A stretch of 64,000 nt of DNA from Selaginella moellendorffii (lineage: Eukaryota; Plantae; Lycopodiophyta): assembly GCF_000143415.4 (NCBI RefSeq), contig NW_003314348.1, positions 288,085 to 352,084 of the forward strand. The letters run 5' to 3'. This document shows positions 13,099-24,824 of the stretch, in pieces. Both the position numbers and the translations under genes were made by a program. How positions within the stretch are numbered: the first letter of the stretch is position 1; each line of letters begins with the position of its first letter. A model generated the notes under the pieces. That model searched no databases. It was not told the DNA's origin and saw only the letters and a program-made list of their open reading frames with translations.

Positions 13099-14021
13099 TG
13101 TCGCGAATGTGACTTCGAGTATCGAAAGATACTTGTCGACCGGTCCTTACGGATACTCTTTCCTTACTGCCATGACGGCAGGAGATCGGTACAGTTGGAT
13201 CCCTTTAGTAGCCCCTCTTGTGCTAGTGGAGTTAACTGGGCATTCCGAGTGTACTTAGACCGGACGAGCATAAGGACGGAATTCCTACGTGCTATTAGCT
13301 AAGCATACTTAGCCCGGTAAGGAGTTCCCGTCTCGTTATGTCTTGCACTGGCTAGTGACAAGAACCCTCGCGTATTGAGACTAGTCCCTCAATATCGCTG
13401 GATGATAGCTTACCGTGTCTGCCAAACACCCTCGCTATCACGCCCTTTGTGTTGGTCTCATTTCGGTCCCAAATGCTATTTATGGAAAGTGTCTAGATTA
13501 GCTTATTTGGCATATCTACGGAATGTAGAGATCGGCCTGAACACAATGGTGTTTGTCCCGTGTCCAAATTCGCAATCTAAGGACATTCCATATTTAGTAA
13601 GTTTCGAGCTTGTCCCAGAGACTAACTCCTGGTACTAAGGGAGGCTTGGGGTGAAAGCCCAAAGCGTGTGTTCCTCAAGGGGGGGGGGGGGGGCTATGGG
13701 GGGTTCCAAATGTATAGTAGGGATAGTGGTTGGATGCATGTCCGACCACCTGAGACATTAGTTTGGCTCCCGCTGGGCTGTGTCGCTCCTTGTTCTGCGT
13801 CCGGCTTGGGTCTAAGCCCAAGCTCCACGCTGCTCTAGTCGGTGGAGTACCCTCCTTCTCGCATTAGGCCACCGGTATGCCAAAATTGTGCCAGACTCCG
13901 TCTGACACCATTTTGCGTGCAGGTGCTGGATACGGGGAGCTGGTGCTCGTGGGATTGTACCGGACCCTCGTTTCGTAGCGCAACGGGCTTGGAGTTCGGC
14001 TCCAAATTCAGGTGCGCTACA
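13099..14021 (+). repeat. 3' LTR of element A (923 bp)
   Basis: Differs from the 5' LTR by about 5 transitions and a G-run 3 nt longer. Confidence 0.96.
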
Positions 14022-15577
14022 CCGCAACCTTGAACATTTGGATAGCACCTTCTATCCATCATTCGCTAGGGACTTAGTCCCTTGGGCTTTATCCATTGCC
14101 CTCGCGACATCAAACACCACCTCTTGGTGTTCTAGAGTGTTCGGGTGTCCCAATGATGGCTTCCTTGACAATGAGTATTTCCTTTCATGACATTGACTTA
14201 CTACATTGCAACATAAGCAATTTATCCCCCGTAAGGGTATATCTAACTTCTTTATACCATTAAGAAGTCTTGGGTAGTTACCTTCTACCCGCTTAACCAA
14301 TTATCTTGCACCTCTTGCTTAGTTGCCCCATAGCTGTCAAGTCTTACAACTCATTGCTTGGTGCTTCCACACCTCCATCATTATCTGGGTCACCACACTC
14401 CAACCGCATGCCTTCCAGCTTAGGCCTTGCCATTCCCATTTCCATTGGGACTCCTTTGGCAAGGGGTCCTCATGAACCCAACAACATAGCCTCAAGGTAT
14501 CACACCTTGGCACATTTGGTGTCTCCACACCATCGGCTCCACGAGCCTACCTCTATGACACTTTTTCTTTGTGTCTAAGTCTTTGCCAAGACCAATACCG
14601 CTCTTTCTCATGCCAACCATTTGTTAGCACGGCACCATAGAGGTCACACACAACTTTGTGTCAAAGTTGTTTTCTATTTGGGAACACCTTTCCTACGACT
14701 TTTAGCACTGCACATTTTGCCATCGATGAGATACCCTCTGTTCTCATCCTTGGATCCTATGATCCCCCCCCATCCTTCGTGGGGTAAAACACACCTCAGT
14801 CCAAATGCTTCCATCAGTCCTTTTAGGACCATCCCTTGACTCTACTTGAGTCGTCTAGCAACTTTGGACTTGGTTAATCCACCAACCCGTAAGGTCCTAC
14901 TTGTGAGGCACTAGCTCACTGGAATACACTTCTTGCATTCCTGTCCTACTCAAAAGGATTATTTTCACAAATGTTACTCCGACACTTGATTTTGTTCTCT
15001 GGGGGCAACCTTTGCCCCTTAGGACTACTTGTCCATGTGATGAGAACACCAACTCATCCACTTAATACACCCCCAACTCCTGGGGTTGTTCCAGCATTTA
15101 TTAGAGGTAGCCCCGGCTACCTTTTCAAGGACTTGAGTCCTCTTCCGTATTTGACCTCCCACGGTCATTACTTCTGGTCTCACATTCATGAGCACCAACC
15201 TCAACTATATGAGGAAAATCTTGTGACTCCTTTATTGTTTTGGAGTCTCTATCTTTCCCGTGATCCCAACTATAGTTGTTTACCACAACTACATTAGCCA
15301 GTTTGCTAAGTCAAACGCTCATCTGGATCACATCCTCAACTCTTTGAGAAAAGCCATCTACTGTTCCCAAGATCCCAAAGTCGTTCCATTATTGGCCCTT
15401 TTCTATCCACCACCTCGTCTACAAGTTCGCACATGAACTGTAATGGAGAGCCATGTCTTCCCGACTTGCTACTCCTCAAGGATAGGCCCACTCCTCGGAC
15501 CTTCCGATGCCAACACTAGTGGTGATATACTTGAGCACCAATAAAAGTCGGACTAAGGAACAACTCCGATACCAAGT

Positions 15578-16700
15578 TGTAAGTGACTAATTTTTCCATT
15601 CTACTTTAGTCACTTAACCACACCTCCGACCATTTGGAGGAGTCTCATTCACAACCTCCATTAGTCCAATTCAGGACTTGGGACTTGCTAGCCCCAAGAA
15701 TGGCATCCATGCCACTCAACACTTGCACCTGGTCCAAGTGCTCCACGTGTCCGGTCCGAAGACCGACACCCAAAGGTACCACTGACATCTCGGCCCGTTA
15801 CGCTAAGGCCATGCCCATTCACCTTTGCTGCACTAGTGGTCCAATACCACTTGCATCACCATCCCGTCTCTCCAAGACTGGGCCATTTGTTCACGAGTGG
15901 TCATCCTAGATCCACTCCTTAGCATCCTTAGGATGCCCACAGACCTGGGGAACCGCCTTCCCCAAAGTCCCTTTGTCAGTTCCTACCAAGTCCCTTTCTG
16001 CCCCTGGCCGTGTTTACCAACACTGCCACTGGATCGAGGCCCACAGGCCCGACCACTAAGTCCCATGGTCCTCTGGGACTTCCTCACCACACAACTGTGT
16101 CCTTGGTCACTACCCCAGAGGACTGCTCCTCTTCCTTTCCACAGTCTAGGCTTTTGGGACAACATTTCGGAACACCGTGGCCTTACGCGAGCCACCTGGG
16201 TACTCTCCCCGCCTTTCGCCTTTAGGTGCTCTAGCCATGGGCTTAGAGCGAGGTTCCGTTGAGCCACGCCTGGTATCCAAGTAGGTAGTGCCACCCACAC
16301 TTGGACTGGGAGCATCGGCCAGTCGATCTCCCGGGGGAACTAGAGCCGGCTCTTGAACACTTCACCAAGCTACCCCGCTTGTCGGTCCGTGTTCACTCTA
16401 GTCTTGGACTTCCCAGTAGGCAGCTCATCACCCAACACTGGGTCCGGCCTTCCTGGGCCAAACTGGCCTTTCCTGGCCAAACTGGCTCCACTGCAGTCCT
16501 CCCCCCTTACTATACTTTTGGAGCTCACCAAACCCCCCAAGGTCTGGGAGACGAACGCTTTGGGCTTTCACCCTCTCAGGCTCCGGACTCGGACTCGGAC
16601 TCGGACTCGGACTCGGACTCGGACTCGGACTCGGATTCGGACTCGGCCTCGGGCTCGGGCTCGGTCCCGGCCTCGGCCTCGGTCTCGGTCTCGGTCCCGA

Positions 16701-16732
<32 letters not shown>

Positions 16733-17441
16733 CCGGTCTCGGTCTCGACTTCGGACTCCATCTCGGACTCCATCTCGGACTCCATCTCGGACTCCATCTC
16801 GGGTCCATCTCGGGTCCATCTCGGACTCCATCTCGGACTCCATCTCGGGTCCATCTCGGACTCCATCTCGGACTCCATTTCGGGTCCATCTCGGGTCCAC
16901 CTCGGACTCCATCTCGGACTCCATCTCGGACTCCATCTCGGGTCCATCTCGGACTCCACTTCGGACTCCAACTCGGGTCCATCTCGGGTCCACCTCAGAC
17001 TCCACTTCAGACTCCATCTCGGGTCCATCTCGGGTCCACCTCGGACTCCACTTCGGACTCCATCTCGGACTCCATCTCGGGTCCATCTCGGACTCCACTT
17101 CGGACTTCAACTCGGGTCCATCTCGGGTCCATCTCGAACTCCACTTCGGACTCCAACTCGGGTCCATCTTGGACTCCACTTCGGACTCCAACTCGAGTCC
17201 ATCTCGGACACTCCCACGTGTCATGTGTTGGTCCTTTTGGGTCCCTTTTTGGAGCCTCGCTTTTTGCTCGCTTCGTGCTCGTTCCTCGAGCACTTCTTTG
17301 GGAGTTCCACTCCCGCTCTTGACTTTTCAAGTCGGAGCTTTTGGTCCAAACGTGTTACACTCGTTTGGCTCTCGCTTCAGCCACTACCACGTGGCACCCT
17401 TTCCGGCTCCACTTTGGGGCCTAGGGATTTTGTGTCTCACA
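15578..17441 (-). repeat. 5' LTR of B1
   Basis: TGTAAGTG...TCTCACA, preceded by CTCCGATACCAAGT (PBS on the minus strand). Confidence 0.93.
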
Positions 17442-18065
17442 CAGAGATGGAGTCCGAGATGGATTGAGATGGAGTCCGAGATGGACCCGAGATGGAGTCC
17501 GAAGTCGAGACCAAGACCAAGACCGAGACCGGGACCAAGACCCAGACCGGGACTAAGACCGAGACCGAGACCAAGACCAAGACCGGGACTGAGGCCGGTA
17601 CCAAGACCGAGACCGGGACCGAGGCCGGGACCGAGTCCGAGCCCAGTCCCAGTCCGAGTCTGAGTCTGAGTCCGAGTCCAAGTTCGAGTCTGAGAGGGTA
17701 AAAGCCCAAAGCGTTCGTCTCCCAGACCCTGGGGGGTTTGGTGAGCTCCAAAAGAAAAGTATAATAGGGAGAGGATTGCAGTGGAGCCAATTTGGCCAGG
17801 AAAGGCTAGTTTGGCCTAGAAAGGCTGTACCCAGTGTTGGGTGATGAGCTCCCTGTAAGCTTCTGAGTTTGGAGTTCCCAAGAAGTCACCCATCCCAATA
17901 CTATTCAAACCCAAGGATGCTTAACCCCAAATATCCCAAAACCCTTAACCAGGGGGTGCACTTTTATTCATGGGCCCTTTCCCTCTATATTTGAACCCTA
18001 TGGACCGTCTCTCAAGTCATTCTCTTTGGTTGCTTACAATCCACCACGCTTCCCTACAAGTTCAT

Positions 18066-18739
18066 TATAGCACACCTTATCTCTCTCCCCTTAATCTAAC
18101 TGGAAAAGGGGCAATTGCTTGATGAGAGAGCCCTTAGTGGCTATTTTATCCCCATTTATCCCCCAAGGTTCCAAGGATCCACGGTGACAGTATATCCAAA
18201 TCTCATCCCATGATCACATGCGTTACACTCACCCCCCCTTCAGAGATGTCAATGTCCTCATTGACTATTGACTAACAACCCCTACTGAGCCAAGGGGAAC
18301 CAGCACCTCCATTTTCGCACTCAATCTACCAATCCTTCCATTGTGTAGACCAACTATTCCATGTGAGGCAACTAGTCATCCACCCGTACCGCAGTCCCAC
18401 GGTGGATACCTTCGTCCGTGGATACTCCACACAAGAGGAAGGACGTACGCATGGATGCCCAATACGTACGATTTCAAATTTAGGGGTAGGAATATACCTT
18501 GCTCAAGGGTATATTATACTTTTAAGTAGCCACTAATCAATGGGAATCGAACCTGTGCCATTTGCTCTAATACCAACTATAGCGCACCTTATCTCTCTCC
18601 CCTTAAGCCAACTGGAAAAGGGGCAATTGCTTGATGAGAGAGCCCTTAGTGGCTATTTTATCCCCATTTATCCCCCAAGGTTCCAAGGATCCACGGTGAT
18701 AGTATATCCAAATCTCATCCCATGATCACATGTGCTACA
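18066..18739 (-). mobile_element. TRIM D (674 bp), nested in Cassandra
   Basis: 162-bp LTRs at 18066-18227 and 18578-18739. TSD TTCAT at 18061-18065 and 18740-18744. PBS rev-comp TGGTATTAGAGC; PPT rev-comp GAAGGGGGGGTGAG. Confidence 0.92.
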
Positions 18740-18939
18740 TTCATGCCCTCGTGAACAGAAGCTGAGAGCCACAACTCTCCCGAGAGCCCCGCTCTCTTGA
18801 CATCCTACCCCTCAGGTTGAGCCCAGTGGGAGCAAACTTGACCAGCCAGATGTCAGTCAACATGTGGTGTGATTCCCTTAGCCAACCAACAGAGTCGGAC
18901 CTAAGACCCCTCTAATACCAAATGTAAGCTCTTGAGTTT

Positions 18940-18994
18940 GGACTTCCCAGGAGGTCACTCATCCTAGTACTATTCAAACCCAAGAATGCTTAAC
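18940..18994 (-). promoter_or_regulatory. 5S rRNA-derived Pol III internal promoter region (A box/IE/C box) in the Cassandra LTR
   Basis: Minus strand GTTAAGCATTCTTGGGTTTGAATAGTACTAGGATGAGTGACCTCCTGGGAAGTCC matches the plant 5S rRNA as I recall it at 48/55 positions. A more diverged copy lies at ~17871-17925 and a partial copy at ~21150-21187. Confidence 0.9.
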
Positions 18995-19602
18995 CCCAAG
19001 TATCCCAAGACCGTTAACCGATTGGAAAAGGGGGTGCACTCTTATTCACTGGCCCTTCCCTCTATATTTGAACCCCATGGACCGTCTCTCAAGTCGTTCT
19101 CTTTGGTTGCTTACACTGCCCACTAGGAAATCCAAGACTAGAGTGAACATGGACCGACAAGTAGGGTAGTTTGGTGAAGTGTTCAAGAGCCGGCTCTAGT
19201 TCCCTCGGGAGATCGACTGGCCGATGCTCCTAGTCCAAGTGTGGGTGGCACTACCTACTTGGATACCTGGCATGGCTCAACGGAACCTCGCTTTAAGCCC
19301 ATGGCTAGAGCACCCGAAGGCGGAAGGCAGAGAGAGTACCCATGAGGCTCACGTAAGGCTGCGGTGTTCCGAAATATTGCCCCAAAGTCCTAGACTGTGA
19401 AAAGGAGGAGGAGCCGTCCTCTAGTGTAGAGACTAAGGATACAGTCATGTGAGGAGATAGTCCCAGAGGACCGAGGCACTTAGTGGTCGGGCTTGTGGGC
19501 CTTGATCTAGTGGTAGTGTTGGTGAACACGGCCATGAACAGAAAGGGACTTGGTGGGGACTGGAAAAGGGATATTGGGGAAGGCTAACCCCCATGTCTGT
19601 GG

Positions 19603-20092
19603 TTGCAGATGCTGGCAGTGCAGAAGGTGTGGACCCTTCGGCAGGGACTGAGGCAAAACCAGACAAAGTCAAACAGACCGAAGTGGAATCAGTCCCTCAG
19701 GCAATTCCCAAGTACAAACCAAAGCCCCCACTGGTCTTCAAGGGAGTGAACGACTATAAGGTGGTGGAGGATTGGTTTTACGATATGGAGGACTACTTCC
19801 GAGCGTTGCGGTTACCGAGCTCAGAGAAGGTCCCATGTGCAAAACCATACTTGGCAGATAATGCCAAGTGTTGGTGGAGAATGACAGAGGCCAACGAAGG
19901 ACTGGTGGCCACTTGGGAAATGATGAAGGCGAGGATCCGCACGACTTACGTTCCTCCGAATGCTACCCTGCATCTAAGGGACGAGCTGAGTAGCCTGAAG
20001 CAGACCGAAACCATTCAGGAGTATGTGAATGGGTTTATGGCAAAGAGGATACTTGTTATGGACATGGGGGATATGGATGCGTTCCATGCCTT
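19603..20092 (+). pseudogene. Gag fragment of chromovirus family E
   Basis: PKPPLVFKG...EDWFYDMEDYF...AKCWW is homologous to the Gag of A. The 3' part is nearly identical to 21524-21711. Both ends are deletion junctions. Confidence 0.88.
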
Positions 20093-20094
20093 AA

Positions 20095-20831
20095 GGCTGT
20101 AGGGGGTTCCAAAAGTATAGTAGGGATAGTGAGGTCCAAGAACCAGTCTTGAAGGAACTCTCCAGTGGTGCTTCCAAACTGACTTGAAGTTGAGACTGGG
20201 GCCAAGAGGCCTTGTGTGGGAGTGAGCATGGGCTTGGGTGGTGACGGAGTGGCCACCCAGGGAAGTGCTCAAGAGCAGCTCCCACTCCCGAAAGGGAAAC
20301 CGACTGCGGTGCTCCCGGCTCATGTGGAGTGGTGCCCCACTTGAGTACCTTGTGGCTCATTGGTCCTCGCCCTTCCTAGGGGCTTGGGCCTTCCTTTCGG
20401 GATGGAAGTGGGGGGGTAGAGGTACCCATACCGGGCTGTTAGGCCATAGTGTTTCGCTTTGACATCCCGAAGCAAGTGTTGCACCCAAGGCTTGGGATTT
20501 AGAGGGTCCCATGAACAAGTCTTGTTGTACCAAGGGGTGTTAGGAACCTGGAGGCTTGGTGTGCTTGGCTGCTTGTGCCTGTGGGGAGTGTAGCCGAACC
20601 TTAAATCCAGTCTAACCCGGGGAGGGGGATTGAGAGAGATTTGGGAATCTGTAGATGGATAGCTAACACTCCGTTGCTCATGCAGTGAGTAGCTAAAACC
20701 AAGTAGGACCAAGTAGGAGCTGGTACAATAGGCGGGAACCTTGGCGAGGGAACTTAGCACAAGCCAAGGTAGTGTTGGTCGGATAGGCGAGGTAAGTTTG
20801 CAAATTGAAAAGGAAAAATTTGTGGCTTACA
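20095..20831 (+). repeat. 5'-truncated LTR of family E
   Basis: Colinear with 26522-27258. Ends GGCTTACA, followed by a PBS. Confidence 0.92.
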
Positions 20832-21205
20832 TTTGGTATCGGAATGGTCTTGGGTCCGACTCTATTGGTTGGTTAGGGGAATCACACCACATGTTGATTG
20901 ACATCTGGCTGGTCCAGTTTGCTCCCACTGGGCTCCACCCGAGGGGTAGGGTGTCAAGAGAGCGAGGCTCTCGGGAGAGTTGCGGCTCTCAACTTCCGTT
21001 CACTAGGGCGTGAACTTGCAGGGAAGCGTGGTGGATTGTAAGCAATCAAAGGGAACGACTCGAGAGACGATCCATGGGGTTCAAATTTAGAGGGAAAGGG
21101 CCCATGAACAAGAGTGCACCCCCTTTTCCAATCGGTTAAGGGTCTTGGCTTTGAATAGTACTGGGTTGGGTGACCTCCCGGGAAGTCTAAACTCAGGAGC
21201 TTACA
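20832..21205 (+). mobile_element. Single Cassandra unit (PBS, internal region, PPT, one LTR at 21037-21205) fused between the E LTR and the E internal region
   Basis: Reverse complement of the internal region and LTR of the Cassandra at 17854-19115. No second Cassandra LTR and no TSD. Followed directly by a second PBS and E gag. Confidence 0.92.
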
Positions 21206-24200
21206 TTTGGTATCGGAGCCTTTTCCTCAGTTCTAGCGAAGGATAGGGGCAGATTGCTGGGAGATGGCAAAGGCAGGGCGTAAGTGAACCCAGGTAGAGA
21301 CGGAACCTCCGCCAGAGCTGGAGCCTTCGGTCGAACAAGAGGCTATGGATGAGGAATCCTTGCATGAGGAGGACTCCAGTGAGGAAACTTCCAAACAGGA
21401 GTCTAATGGCGAGGTTCCGTCGTCCAAGGCTCAATTGGACGTTCTAGAAGGCCAATTAGCGCAGACCAATGCCCTGCTGGAGACTCTCGTACGCAAGCTA
21501 AAGCGTGACGAGAAGTGGAAGAAGTGGCCACTTGGGAAATGATGAAGGCGAGGATCCGCATGACTTACGTTCCTCCGAATGCTACCCTACATCTAAGGGA
21601 CGAGCTGAGTAGCCTGAAGCAGACCGGAACCATTCAGGAGTATGTGAATGGGTTTATGGCAAAGAGGATACTTGTCATGGACATGGGGGATATGGATGCG
21701 TTCCATGCCTTCATATCAGGTTTGCAAACCTGGGCTCGTGGTGAGGTGATGCGGTGGAACCCGACCAACTACAAGGAAGCGTTGGATGTGGCCATCAAGG
21801 TGCATTTCAACAATAACCTGCGAAAGGGGAACACGACGGGGTCGGGATCCATGTTTAGCAAAGGGGCCAAACCAAGGGGAACGTATAGCAGGGAGAAATT
21901 TAAGAAGAGTTTCTCTAAGAATGAGTCCTCAGGGTTCCGGAAAGGCAAATCCGGTAGCCAGCGAGTGAGTACGTGGGGGAGTCAAGCGAAAAGAGAAAAA
22001 CCCACGGATAAGAAGGTCAAGTCGTATAGCAGCGTGGGAAACAATGTATGCTACAATTGCGGTGAAGCGGGACACTTTTCGAGAGAATGTCCCTACCCGA
22101 AGAAGGCCAGAGCCAATATGGCCATCAAGTCGGGTGAAGTCCAAACTGAGGTATGTGATCCAGTCCCTAACTCAAAGTTACTCATTACACGAGCAACTTT
22201 GGTAGAGAGTCGTTCGCAACATCTACTAGCCCTCCGAGGGAAACTCAGAGGTAGCTTTTTTAAGATCCATATTGACACAGGTGCTTTGGATAATTTTGTG
22301 GCTGCAGACATAGTTCGGCAAGCCGGACTAATGGTGTAGCAGCTAGGTGAACCAAAGACTATAGAGTTTGTTCAAGGTAGCCAAAGCACCAATGAGGTAC
22401 TTCGACAAGCGAGAGTCGAAGTAGGGACATGGAAAGTAGACATGGATTTCACCGTGTTGGACATGGCGGGATTTGACATGATCTTCGGAATGGATTGGTT
22501 CAATCGGTTCGTGGTAGCCCTGCATGGACAAGGTAGGAACCTTGTGGTATTGGCAAATGCCCAAGGAAGAAGATCTAGGGTGGAGGCCTAGGATCTAAAG
22601 GTAGGGCAAAGCAAGGCCAAAGATTCCTACTTAAACCTGGTGTCCATAAGAGGACAACTCACTAAAGGAACTAAGGCAGCCTTTTTGTGCTTACTCTCGG
22701 TGAAAAGCGACAAAAAAACAGGAACGGAAGAAGTACCTTTAGTGATTCAGCGGGTGTTGGACCAATTCCAGAATACCATGCCAGAGGAGCTACCGGCGGG
22801 GTTGCCCCCCGCACGACCGATAGAACATAAGATTGATCTGGTCGAGGGTGCTGAGGTGGTGGTTCGTCCCCCCTATTGTTTGAACGAAAAAGAACTCAAG
22901 GAGCTCAAGTGCCAACTAGAGGAGTTGGTGGACAAAGGGTATATTAGGTTAAGCAAGTCGCCATATGGGGCACCGGTGTTATTTGTGAAAAAGAAAGATG
23001 GATCTATGCGCATGTGCATAGACTACCGGTTGCTCAACAAGTATACAAAGAAGAATAAATACCCTTTGCCAAGAATTGAGGACCTGTTTGATAGGTTGGG
23101 AAAGGCAAAATACTTCTCGAGGATTGACCTCAGGTCAGGATACTACCAGATCAGGGTAGCAGAGGAAGATGTCGAGAAGACAACCTGTCGAACCAGGTAT
23201 GGGAGCTTTGAGTTTCTGGTGATGCCCTTCGGGCTATGCAATGCGCCGGCAACGTTTTTGGCACTGGTGAACCACGTCTTCGTACCCTATCTGGATCACT
23301 TTGTGGTCATCTATATCGACGACATCCTGATCTATAGCAAGATGCTAGAGAAGCATGCCGAACACTTGGCAAAAGTGTTTGAGAAAATAAGGGAACACAA
23401 ACTGTATGCTAAAGAGAGCAAATGTGACTTTGCTCAACAAGAGGTAAAGTTTCTCAGGCATGTGGTGGGCCAAGACGGGCTCAAGGTGGACTCGGAGAAG
23501 GTCCAAGCGATCTAGGAATGGGAGCGACCATCGAATGTACATGAGTTGAGGGCGTTCTTGGGGCTATGCAACTACTACCGAAAGTTTATCAGACACTATT
23601 CGAGAGTAACCCTACCCTTAACGGACCAAACAGAAAAAGGGAAGATGGTATGGACAGCGGAATGCGAGGTGGCATTCGTCCACCTCAAAGGGAAGTTGAG
23701 GAAGGCTCCCGTATTGGCATTACCAGACTTTGGTAAGGACTTTGAGGTAGAAACGGATGCTTTGGACTTTGCATTGGGCGCAGTTTTGAAGCAAGACAAC
23801 CATCTAGTAGCGTTCTTCTCGAAGAAGTTGGACAAAGCTTAAAGGAAGTGGCCTGCCCACGAGAAGGAATTGTTTGCGGTGGTCAAGGCACTCAAGGAGT
23901 GGCAACACTACCTTGGGAGACACTTCAAGGTTTACATGGACAATGTGGCAACGAAACACTTTTTGTCACAACCCGACCTGAGAGGGAAACAGGGTCGGTG
24001 GGCCAATGCCTTGGTCGAGTTTGATTGTGAGATTCTGTACAAGCCTGGGAAGAGCAACATCATGGTAGATGCACTGAGTCGAAAAGCGAGCTTGAAGTTG
24101 GCGATATCTAGTGCGACAGCAACCTTTTGGGACGATGTGCGGAAAGCATATGAGAACGATGGTCTAGCACAAGAAGTGTTGCTGAGGAATCTAGAGGCAT

Positions 24201-24824
24201 GGGAAGCTCACCAGAGAGGTGGGCTGCCAACGGAAGAGAAAACGGGCTATGCAGAATGCAACAGACTCATCTATTACAAGGAAACAAGGGTGTATGTGCT
24301 AGAAAGGGAACTAAGGAAGGTAACCTTAGAAGAGTGTCATGACGGACCTCTTGCAGGACACAGCGGAGTGCCCAAGACGATGGGCTTACTCAAGAGGAAG
24401 TACCATTGGCCAGATATGGCTAAGGACGTCCAAAACTATGTAAAGACATGTCCAACATGTCAGCAGGTCAAAGCTGTGACTAAGGCTAGTGGGGCCTTGT
24501 TGCAAAGCATCCCAATTCCAGATCGTCAGTGGAAATGTCTTATGATGGACTTCATCACGGGACTCCCCCCAAGCGAGGGGTTTGATGCGATATTCGTGGT
24601 GGTGGACCGATTTTCGAAAATGGCACATTTCATACTCACCACAACGGAAGTGGATGCGGAAGGTGTGGTGAAGCTGTTCTTCGAACAAGTGGTTCGAGTG
24701 CGGGGAAGGCCGGAAGAGATTATCTCAGATCGAGATAAGATCTTCACTAGTAGGTTCTAGAGGACTCTCTTGGAACAGTATCGCACCAAGTTGAAATTCA
24801 GCACAACCTATCACCCACAGACAG

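Larger units (their letters stand above)
6651..14021 (+). mobile_element. Intact Ty3/gypsy chromovirus LTR retrotransposon (element A)
   Basis: LTRs at 6651-7570 and 13099-14021. TSD CCGCA at 6646-6650 and 14022-14026. PBS and PPT present. Uninterrupted gag-pol ORF ending in a chromodomain. Confidence 0.97.
2263..17441 (-). mobile_element. Family B non-autonomous LTR element (LARD-like), copy B1, complete, ~7.8 kb after removing nested element A
   Basis: Two near-identical ~1.9 kb LTRs with TG...CA ends. 5-bp TSD CAGAG at 2258-2262 and 17442-17446. tRNA-iMet-type PBS (rev-comp TGGTATCGGAG) next to 15578 and PPT next to 4144. The ~4 kb internal region has no gag/pol ORF. Confidence 0.93.
17854..19115 (-). 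mobile_element. Cassandra-type TRIM with 5S rRNA-derived segment in its LTRs
   Basis: LTRs at 17854-18038 and 18923-19115 (TGTAAGC...GCTTACA). PBS rev-comp TGGTATTAGAG beside 18923; PPT beside 18038. TSD CTCCC/CTGCC (1 mismatch). Internal region is 205 bp after removing TRIM D. Confidence 0.92.
1..19602 (+). mobile_element. Family B non-autonomous LTR element, copy B0 (partial): internal region 1-1764, 3' LTR starting at 1765, interrupted by B1 and Cassandra, truncated at ~19602
   Basis: PPT-like ATGGGTGGTAGAGT at 1751-1764 is followed by TGTGAGACAC at 1765. The LTR sequence continues at 17447-17853 and 19116-19602 after the nested insertions. The internal region is colinear with 34012-35773. 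Confidence 0.85.

Noticed and set aside
18940-18994. 5S rRNA gene
   Set aside because: Only ~55 nt of the ~120-nt gene is present, embedded in a TRIM LTR, with no 5' part or T-run terminator.
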